DNA from: Paraspadella gotoi
Taxonomy: Eukaryota > Animalia > Chaetognatha
Reading direction: 5' to 3'
Assembly: GCA_051294375.1 (NCBI GenBank)
Contig: CM119263.1
Coordinates: 8,909,162 to 8,973,161, forward strand
DNA length: 64,000 nucleotides
Below, piece by piece: positions 40,889-51,334 of this stretch. Below the pieces are notes generated by a model. That model was not told where the DNA came from. It ran no database searches and saw only the letters and a program-made list of their open reading frames with translations. A program made the position numbers and the translations under genes. The first letter of the stretch is position 1; every line of letters begins with the position of its first letter.

Positions 40889-43728
40889 TTGACGACGACG
40901 GCCGATCCCGACAACAACCCTCGCTTTCCCCGCAACCGAATCTACTACCTGCGCTACCAGGAGGTCATCCTCATCAAAGGGCCACAGTTGTTCAGGGAGC
41001 AGTTCAAAGCCACACTGGTCAAGGAAAAGAAAGGGAAATGGGAAGATGGTGCACTGTGGCATCGGTTGTGCTTGGATAACAATGAGGTAAAACAATACGT
41101 CCGTGACATTAGTGGTGTCAGGGGAAGAAATACACAGATATCGCGATACTTTCTTTAGCTTAGATATTTACAAGCAAAATTTATGCACCCTTTTGGCTGT
41201 ACCTACACTCTCTACTGCTAAGCTAAGATTATATACCATATTCTCAAGATGAGAAGAAAAAAAAATTTCAAAAAATGGACGTGCATTCATTTTCATTAGT
41301 CATTGCAAAATTTTTAAACCTAATTCAAATGTTTTGTAAAACCCAGTTCATTTTTTACAACTTGTTTCTATGCAAACCCGCTCCCCGCCTTTCCCCATGC
41401 GCTTTGTCCACAGCTCATCCTCACTTACCCTCACTTTTCCGCTCTCAAAAATGTCGGCCCAAAGGTCGGCACAAAATTCGTTCCCGACTTCGAATCCTGC
41501 GACCCGACCTTTTTTGGTCACGTGACAAACGATCCCGACGTCAAACTCGCGGCCGAAAAAATCGCCTCCCGATCTCTTCCTCGTGGACGAAAGGAGAAGG
41601 GAAATGAATTTTCGAGAAAGCGGCCAACTATTTAATTGGCTCGGGTAAAGCGTACGGTTTCGATTGAGCAGCTTTGTTAGGTCAGGTCAGGCAGTCTGGG
41701 TATGTCTGCTTGAGGAGCTGCTGTCTCATAATGTTAGCGGTTAAGCACCCTGAACAGGCAAAATAGGCAGGTTTTTTTTTTTTTTTTTGGATTCAGTCGT
41801 AATGCGAAATAATACAATCCAGCAGCTTAATATTTAAATTAATAGCGTTGATATTGAACATTTCCTGTTATTATTCGTATCCCCGACTCTCCAGGCACAA
41901 CGTTTGGGCGAAACTCTTCAACTCTCTCCCCGAGATGAAGAATCGAGTCCAGAACGAAATGCGGCGACTGCGAGAAGATCAGACGGAGAAGAGTTGGGAG
42001 GAGAGCGAGAAGAAAGGGGAGGAGAAGATGAAGAGGGCGAGGGTTGAGAGGGAGATGGTGAAGAAAGTGGCGACCGATTCGAGTCTCGGAGGAAAGGGAA
42101 CGGAAAGATTGAGGGAGGAATTGGGTCGTGGGAAGTCGACGGAGTTCGAGGAAGCAAAGAATGAGACAAACCGTGGAGACGGTGAGCCGTTTGGGGAATT
42201 TTTTGTTAAGTTCCTTTTTTATGGTTATAAAAAAAAGACGGCATTGTTAGTTTGATTTAAACGTTTAAAATTTTAATTTTTAATTTTAATTTTTATTTTT
42301 AATTTTAATTTTAATTTTAATTTTAATTTTTAATTTTTCAACCTAAGAAGCAATCCTCTTTACTTGTTGAATTAAATAAATACAAAATGGGTAGGATAAA
42401 AAAAATGAAAAAAGAACGTTACAAGCGGACAGTCTTTTGCTTCAACAAGCGATCGCTTCTGACAAAATATGATCGTTAATTCATTGTTTTTTTCGTTTCG
42501 TTTTGTTTAATGATCGTTAGTACAAATCCTATTTTCCAATGATATGATTTTAATATAACCGAGTCCTACATCGAGAATTGAAGCGGCAGGCAAAACTACC
42601 AGAGAAACAATTCAAATAGCTCATGGCTTTACTACGTCGCATGCCATTGGCAGCGTACCCCATGAGAAGCGGTACATTTCTTTCTCATATTCATTTCAGC
42701 TGTCGGAGCTTTACATCTTTAATTCAATCCACCCAGACCTGTTTCCCACCGTCTCTCTTCCTTCTCCTCTGCCGATGACTCTGATCTCCAATTCCTCCGC
42801 CTCGAATCCCGAGGCCTCATTTCCCGGCGCCATTCATCCCATCGTCGCGACTCTCGACGGTCAAATTCTCGTCCTCAGCGGATGGAGAGAAGGGAGTCGC
42901 GTCCCGCCCGAGTTGGTGTGGCGACTGGATCCCGAGTCCCATTCATGGTCGCGCGACGAAGCGGTGGGGGATGTCCCGCCCGGGTTGATCGGGGCGGCGG
43001 GACTCGTCCTCGGCCTTCTTTTCCTTTTCGGTGGAATGGACGATAAATTGAGACGAAGAAATGAGATCTACTCTTATCAAAGGTGAGATAAATATTTTGT
43101 ATGGAGAGTGAAAAACCAATATTTCATATAACTCTATCTTCTTTTACGTGTTTAACTATCTTATTGCTAAATCGTCGTCGTTCCAGCGGCGAAGCCATCG
43201 CTTCGCGAAAGTACGACGCTCACAGCCGTCAGTCGCGGACAACTCTTGCTCATCGGAGGCTGGGAAGGTACATATTAACATTGATTAAAGAATTTTATAT
43301 TCGTCATCTTCTTTCTATTTTTTTCTTTCATTTTCCCCTCTTTTTTTCGTCAATTTCTTCTTCTTATTTTTTCTCCTTATCCTACGGAGTCGGTTAAAGA
43401 TCCGATCAAAGTCGTCCTCGACAGTCCTCCATAATGAATAACTATTATTTTATCACTTTAATATTGTATATACCAAAACCGATTTCTAAACATCCTTTTT
43501 CAAACAACAGTGGAGGGCGACACTCCCGACACTTGGATCCTCGACATTCCGAAGCTCGAGTGGATCAAAGGGGAGAAACTTCCTCCTCTCGAAGGCAGAA
43601 CCGGAATCGTGGAGCACGAAGCGGTACTCGTTGGTGGAAGCGTCTTCGTCGTAGGTGGACGTCGAGGACGAAACCTCATCGATGCCATTTTCTCTTCGAG
43701 TGTCATCAAGATTGGAATCTCCTGTTGA
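40889..43728 (+). CDS. Kelch-repeat protein with coiled-coil linker and putative N-terminal HEPN (DZIP3-like) domain; frame-disrupted (pseudogene or assembly errors)
   Basis: Exons ~40889-41086, 41414-41644, 41895-42181, ~42590-43082, 43187-43267 and 43511-43728, with GT-AG boundaries. Kelch motifs: QILVLSGW..VWRLDPESHSW..GDVPP, LFLFGGMD..NEIYSY, PSLRESTTLTAV..LLLIGGW..DTWILDIPKLEW, EHEAVLVGGSVFVVGG. The Kelch call is strong and the HEPN call tentative. Confidence 0.75.
42270..42338. repeat. (TTTTAA)n intronic simple repeat
   Basis: Directly visible. Confidence 0.9.
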
Positions 43729-45794
43729 AGGAATCACGATTAATGAGTCCTAAACAAACAAGTTGGTTATAAAATTAGCTTTCTACTCAAGCCATTTATT
43801 ATCCGATCATTCCCTAACACTTTTCATATATTATCATTATTAATTTATTATAGCTAAAATTTATACCAAATTTTCCCAAATTATCCCAAATTTTAAACAA
43901 TTTTTAGAAATAAGAAAATCGAAACGATAACAAATGACTACCGAAAGGTATTTTAGGATATCAAATTTTACTGTTTTGAGGAAAAAAGCGCAAAGATTTT
44001 AGTGGAAATGCTCCGGTTAATTTTTACCACCGATACCTTGGCCATCTTTTTCTTTGATCTTCTTCTCAGCTGCTAAGACAATTATTTTCAACTCATCGAG
44101 TCGGGTGAAAAATAAACAAACAGCAACATCGTATTATGGAAAATAATCGAGAGAAATTAGTCATTCGTCAATTGCAGAAGACATTATTGACGGATACTTT
44201 TTATTTACGAGAAAAAAGGATCGTTACCAACGGCATTACAGCTTTGAAATCTTTCCAAGTCTTGGCCTAGTCGTTTGGATTGTGGTAAAATGATAAAGTG
44301 TCTCTCTCTCTCTCTCGTCTCGCTCTCAAAATCTCAAAACAAAACCCAAAATCGAGGACGGAGTTTGTCGCGTCAAACCGTTTAACTCCCTCGTTGGGGA
44401 GGCGACGAAATATTTGTTACTCCCCGCGGCGTCGTTTGACTCGAGCGGCGTGATTTTCCTCAAGCGGCGTCATTGACTCGGCGTCGCCCGTCGCCATTTT
44501 AGATGGCGGTTCTCACACAAATCCCTTCGTTCTCGTGTTGTAGTTTTTTTTTGTTTTTTTTTCAAGGTTCTTTGGTTGTTTTTTTCTTCCATTCGTTTTC
44601 GTTGGAGTTATCATTACGAGAACTTTGTCGTTGTCGACATTACTATTCTTCCCCTGCGTCTTTTTCCTTCTCATCTTCACATTTCTCTCGTTCACACTCA
44701 CGTCGTTCAGTTCTTCGCGCCCACTTTTTTTTAAAGGAAAAGATTAATGGATGCTCTTTTTTTCTCAACGAAATTTTCCGGGTATTCGTGAGAGAATTTA
44801 AAGGTTAAAAATATTTTTTTAAGTTTTTTTAACGCAGCCAAAAGTTGCGACGAGTTATGCGTAACTTATTCGTACATGTAATGTTTGAACATTTTATGAA
44901 GGAATCATGAAACTATTTGGTCATGACCTCACTCTTAAAGCAGTCTGCCCGTTGTTAGGCCTCAAAGCTTTGAGAGGCTAGAAAATTACTATTATTAAAA
45001 ATTATGTATAACTCCCACCGCTATTGTCATCTCCCAATTTCATTCCCAATTTTTTTCCCGAAATAATAAAATGGTTTTTTTCCATTTTTCCATTCGAGGC
45101 CAACAATTTTTTTTGCTCGTCACTCCGTCGTTCCAAATGGACGGAGCAATACCAAGCAATACCAAACTGTGGCCCGCGTCGCCGCCCCAAATACGACGGC
45201 GAAACTCCAAGGGCCCTCACGCGTTGAAATCCGTCGCATAGGGTATATGGTAGTAAAAATAAAAATTAGATGATGAAATTTTTTTACCTTTAATTTCAGC
45301 TTCAGTTGTTAGTGATCCGAATGAACAACATCGATTACAATACTGTACATTGCTCTGCAGTTATGATAAATACAAAGCATTAGGTTTGAAAGCCAGTTAG
45401 CAAAAGGTTATTTCGGTAAAAAAATTATAATATCACAGGTAGATTCATCTCTCATTTAAAAAAGTAGCCCAAAAAGGATAGCAACGTAATATTGTAAATA
45501 TATTTTTGAATTTTATATTCATAACAATCTTTTTAATGAGTTTTTTTTGTTGATAAAAATAAACTTTTTTTTTGATAAAAATAAACTTTTTTGTTTAGTA
45601 AAGAACTTAAAACTCTAAAACAGATTAATTTTTTTTAACGTAAGATTAGGTATTTTGCTATCTCTTGAAGCCAAATTTCACGTCAATCGATCATGCATTT
45701 ATATCAGTAGAAGGCCTTCTCTTTTCGTGTCATAAACGTTTTGCCACGTGTCATGTGTCGAAATCTCATTCACTCAATCCACTCACACTCGCTC

Positions 45795-47439
45795 TCAGTC
45801 GTCGTACCCATCACACCTTGACCCCCTTCGCTTCTCGACCGAAGCCGCGAGAATTAGTTTGTCTCTGAAGACGGGAGGCCTTAAGTCGGCTCCGGGCAAG
45901 TCGTAGGGCGACGCCGAAATTAGCGCCTCCACTGGCGGCGACTTTTCGGCGAGGATCCTGGCGACGATGCCCTTGCGTTCGACATCGTCGATTTCGAAGG
46001 GTCGCTTGTGAGTCATGGCGCCGGATGGGGAGGCCACGCCCGAGAGGATGACGGTGCCAAGGATCTTCTGCGAGAAGCGGAGCAGGTAAGTGCCGCACGT
46101 CCGGCCCGACAGCACCACCTCTGCCTCCGCCCGGTTCAAGAACCCCGCCACGGCGCCCATGAACCAAAGACGCCGGATTTCGGAACGGTGACACTTTGGC
46201 GCCGGATCTTTGAGTTGGAAACGACACAGACGCGCCAAGTGCCAGAACCACGCCCAGAAGGAAAAGTCTTCGCCACACTCGCCACCGTTGAGACGGTTGG
46301 AGAAAAAATTTTCCCGGTGAATTTGACCTTTTTTGGAGACGACGGAGAGAAGTCAAATGAAACGAAAGATTATCAACGATCGTTACTGCGACTTACCGTC
46401 TGTCGCGGGACAAGTGGCCAGCAACACTTTCTCGATGGCCTTGAGATCGGCACTCCTCAATCCAGTCTTCTCTTCGCCGACGACCAACTCTTTGTTCCAA
46501 AACAGGCGAAGTTGCTCCAGCACTTGGTGGACGGGGAGGCAGCCCGGCGTCGAATTTAGAAAGCAGTAGCAGAGAAGCCAAGGAGGGCAGTCGCAACGGA
46601 CGCCAGCCTCGAGCCAAAGCAACGTGCCGTCAGAGGTGCATCTCTGGTTGGGAGTGTTAGCGAAGCTTAGGAGACCATGCACTGCTTCAGTTTTCTAATT
46701 CATACCATACCTGCGAATCGTGAGCAACGCATACGATGGGCCGGGACAACGTCTCGGCCTCCAGGGTATAGTTGGGGACGTTGCAAGTCATGCGGACCCG
46801 TAAGGACAGTAGCTGCTCGGTGACTTTTGTCTTGGAGTTCTTTCCCCCGGACGCAGCACGACTCCTGCCGACGATGCTGATCTTGTCAAAGACTGCGGCC
46901 TCTCCGAAACCCGTCTCCATGATGTTGTTCTCTAAGGACAACCCGCCAAGCGACGCAGGTTTCGTTTTGAGCGTCTCTTCTTTCGCTTTGCCATCGATCT
47001 CACGGCGCAACTCCTCCACTCCTCCTAGCACCACTTCCGTCTTTACAACCAACGCCGGCCACAGACTTCCCAGCAGATGCTTTGCCACCACCTCTCGCCC
47101 GCGTACCTTGTCCTTGCGCAGCACCCGCGGTGGGAGGCGAACCAGAACAAGCCCGCGGGCCAGCAGGCTAAGCTTGACGGTCTCGAGCTCCCGGATCTCT
47201 TCGGCGTAGAAGGTGCTGAACTGAGACAGGTGACGCAGCAGGAACTGTATTCGTTCCCACAGATTGACGGCTTGGCGTTCCATGTTCTCGAGGTGAGCGC
47301 CGTCGACCTCCCGGTCGGCCTCCAACTGGTCGCGGATGCGAGCGAGGCTTTCGAAGAAAATTTGCTTCTCGGAGCGAAGACGCGGGATCTCGGATTCGTC
47401 CGGAAGTTCCGAAGAATCCATCGGAACCGCGTCGCACAT
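45795..47439 (-). CDS. STAT: STAT-family transcription factor (short coiled coil, DNA-binding domain, linker, SH2, C-terminal Tyr), 3 exons, ~502 aa
   Basis: Exons 47439-46711, 46643-46397 and 46327-45795 are joined by 67- and 69-bp GT-AG introns in consistent phase. STAT motifs: LVLVRLPPRVLRK (cf. FVVEKQPPQVLK), VTEQLLSL (VTEE), TLSRPIVCVAHDSQ|RCTSDGTLLW (TLSLPVVVIVHGSQ..ATVLW), GLRSADLKAI, FSFWAWF, LWFMGAVAGFLNRAEAEVVL, GTYLLRFSQ, PFEIDD, and terminal DGYDD*. Confidence 0.93.
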
Positions 47440-48669
47440 TGTAATTTTAATAGTCTTTTGTTTTAGTTTAGTTTAGTTTGTTTTTGTTTGTCTTTGTTTT
47501 TTTTTTGTTTTTTTTTTTGCGTTGTCTTAAAGATTTATTGTTATTTAATGATATTCTTTATTTTTATATTCTATATAATTTTGGGTTTATTTTTTTTTCT
47601 TGAGCTCCAATTTGGGTTTAGTGCGCCCCGCTTAACTAGTTTTAACTTTTTTTTTATATTTTCATCTTTTCGACAGAAAGGGGGAATTCCGTTTCTATTT
47701 TTAGTATTATTCATAAATAAATAGTTTTTAAAAGAAATAGATCATAAAGTTAAAACTTGGATGTTTCCGATTTTGTTATTTATTTATTTATTTATTTATT
47801 ATTATATTATAAAAACAGTCAATTTAAAAAAACCACTGATATGATCAAATAAGAAAATTAAAGTTTCCACGCCGTAAACCAGAATTTCTTTTTAGGTTGC
47901 GTGTTCTAGATGTTCGTCCACAGTATCAAAAAAACTTGTTTTGACGAAGAAGCCAGCCAAATTTGAAACCAAAATTTGAAATTCATGCATCGAGAACGCT
48001 CGGTTATTTCTTCCTCTTTGTTATCGGTTATTTACCCAAGCCTCTAAAATCTCATTTCTTTTCTTAGTAATATGAGCATATTAGTAATGCGGTTTTTTCC
48101 ATTTTGAAAGCAGATTTTTCTGGAATCCAGAGCGGTTGGCTGAATTCATGGGGAGACGGCCAACTTGTATATACTATCAAAATTTGTATTTTTTAGTTAT
48201 TTTACTTAAACTTGACTGTCTTTTTTTCTTTTTCTTTTACGTTATTGCCTTATACTTACTTTTTTATGTATTTAATTGCTATCATTTTTGATGTTATTAT
48301 CATTTTACCTAAAATACTCTTTTATAGACTTTATGCCTCATCATCATTTTTACTTTTCATTTCATAATTTTTCTCCTTCATAAACATTTGCCTGTTTGTG
48401 TTATATTTGTATTTTCATCATTTATTTGGTTGTGGTCATTAGGATAGTTTTGGCATTGGTTGTGGTGGTTATTGTGATAATTTTTTTGGTTACGATGGTT
48501 GTGGGCGTTGTGTTAGTTGTGGTAGCATTTATGGTTGTTGTGATTGCTATAATTGTAATAATTGCATTTATATTTCAGATAAAAGAAAAATAGGTAAACT
48601 TAAATAATCAAAAATGATTTTTGTATTTTCCACATAAACTCATTTCCTCTCAGACAATCCGGCTTAATT

Positions 48670-48808
48670 ACACGGACGGACAATAGGACAGACAGACGGA
48701 CATCGTTCTTTTTTTAATGATTTTTCTGACCAAACTATTGGGGCGAGCGACAGCCCGAGAAAGTGGATTATAGAGCCTTAATCTGCATTGAGCAGATCCG
48801 GATTAAGA
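48670..48808 (-). mobile_element. Helentron/DINE-like element, family B-related fragment
   Basis: aaagtggattatagag...atctgc.ttgagcagatccgga plus ggacagacagacggac repeats, similar to 51540-51598. Confidence 0.5.
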
Positions 48809-48969
48809 GAGAGAAACGGAATTCAATTTATAGTTTAAAGTTCATAAGTTCATTCGCGAGATTTATCCTGGAAAGAAGAAAAGACATCTTCTCATCTTCG
48901 CTTCCAGGAGAAACGATAGAGAATTTCCTGCTCTCTTGATATCGTTTGAGGCCATCGTTACCCTTAATT

Positions 48970-49012
<43 letters not shown>

Positions 49013-49899
49013 CCCCCAACTGCCTAGACTAATGGTAGAAAAGTATTAAGATAGGTGAAGGCTGAGCGTTGATCGGAAAGGGATTGCTTTCAGAGTTGAA
49101 GAAATCTTATCCACCATTTTCGATTTCAACTTGTCTTTGGTTAACGCGATTCGGAAAGATTGGATTCAATAGCTTCGTGAGAAAATCGGTGTGGCACGCG
49201 ACCTTGAGCAATTTTTAATTTTAGCCAACGAGTTGCACATGGATATTTCAATTTTTATCTCGCGAGATGTCGTCGTCTGCGTCGGCGTCGCGCTTTTTTA
49301 TTATGTAAAAACTATTACGGTTTATATAGTGGCGACTGGGACTTACAATTTTTTTTTTAAATAAAAATTACGATGGATTTTTATAAAAGTGTGCGATCAT
49401 AGTGGCTTCTCATCTTTAAGATCTTCGAAATTGTCATGTTTCATATGGATTCAAGTATTTTTTGTTTGAATTTCTTTCTCATTATGATTTACTGCAATAT
49501 GCAATTTAGAATATAATACTTACTTTAATAGGCAAATTAGTATATAGAATACTATATTCTAATTTACTTATTGATATAAATCATATTGAAGAGGAAATTC
49601 ATACAAAAATACTTGAATCAATATGAAATATGTAATTTTAAATGATCTTGATGATGAGAAGCTATATCTAAATTTTAATACACTTTTACAACTTCCAATT
49701 GAAAAAAATTGTAATAATTTCCAATTGTAAACAATTTTAACATTTTTTTATTTTTCTTTTATTTCTTTAAATTATATTTTTTTCTCTCTTTTTGTTATGC
49801 GCTGCCTCTTCTGATTCGTCTAAAAACGAGTTCAGCTCTGCAGCGGCTGGACTTCTCTCTTTCTCTCTCTCTCTGACACGCATTTGTTTCTTTTATTTA

Positions 49900-50220
49900 C
49901 GATGAATGACTCATCGCGTCAATGAATGACTATCATAGCGTCAATGAATGACTATCATCGCATCATTGAATGACTATCATCGCATCAATCATTTAGTTAT
50001 TATCGCATCAATCATTTGCTTATCTTCACATCAATTATTGGTTATCACATCAATCTTTGGTTATCATCGCATCAATAAATTATTATTACATCAATCAATT
50101 ACTATTATATCAATCAATCAATTACTATTACAACAATCAATCAATTACTATTACATCAATCAATCAATCAATTACTATTACATCAATCAATAACTATTAC
50201 ATCAATAATTTGTTATCGCA
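49900..50220. repeat. Degenerate minisatellite (atcaatcaattactattac / atcatcgcatcaat units)
   Basis: Tandem units of about 19-23 bp that drift along the array. Confidence 0.85.
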
Positions 50221-51334
50221 TCAAACATCTTTTCTTTTCTGAGAGAGCTAAATTTAAAAACCTTATTTATTTGCAGCGATGCCTTGAGAGATACCGGAGC
50301 TCCACGAAGCCGAAAAGAAAAACAAAATTATGATTATCGACAAATTTAATATTAACGCCCTTTAAATATTAGTAGAGATCTGATATCCCCGGGTAGGTTT
50401 CCATCATCAATATACAACAATTTAAAAAAAAGTTTTAGCAAACAATGTCGGATTTGCCTACTTATTCTTTTAATTTGTGATCCTAACTGATCAAAACAGA
50501 TCGTACAATACAAAACCAGTGGCTGCACCAGTAAATGTAAATTCTCTGCAAGGGATTAACCTGAATAATTATAAATAATGTTTGTGCCTCTATTTGCTGT
50601 ACTTTTTCATTGGCTGACTTTAGTTTCAATCGAAGGATGTTAGGAATTTGGAACTGGTTAGTAAGTTTATTTATCAACAAATAAAATGGCGACGTGAACG
50701 AGTTTAAAAGTTGAGTATATAAAAACGATGGATGAAATTAATGATTTTAATTTCCACGGTAAAGGTTAAAATCGTCGCATTAAAATGACTTTAAAAACGA
50801 GATTAAAAACCAGCAACGGACGGACGCACAGTGATCAAAAAAAAAAAAAATTAAAACCGGATAAAAGCCACTTGAACTTACGGGCATAAATTCCTATTCA
50901 GTCTTTCCATAATAATGCAACAAAGTTTTAGGTAAGATAACAGTTTCCAAAAACTATTCTTTCTCAAGTTATAAGCAAAGCTCTATTTCGGGTGAGTCTG
51001 TTATGGCTTTGTTATGGTATCAGTACTTTGTCTAGTTTGTTAACAAATAAAAAAAAGATGTTCATGATATGTCACTATGTATGATATAAAAAACATAGTA
51101 AAAACTCATAGAATTTCAGCCGATTTCAATCAACCAAATTTAGTTTTTAATGATACATCTTCTCACTAATCAGTTATCAATTTAATCTCATCCGCATTCG
51201 TCCGCCATTTTGAGAAATACAAAAATGCTTTTCATTCAAAAAATAACAAAAAAAAATTCGATATTCTTCAGAAATTACCATATGATTCTTTTCTTTGATT
51301 TTCTGATTTTAATTTGCTTAGCGCACTTTTAAAA

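Noticed and set aside
46008-47466. Plus-strand ORFs overlapping STAT (46008-46559, 46772-47209, 47077-47466)
   Set aside because: Antisense shadows of a GC-rich CDS.
47440-48920. GAS (TTCN3GAA) autoregulatory sites upstream of STAT
   Set aside because: Only imperfect matches were seen by eye, as expected by chance in AT-rich DNA.
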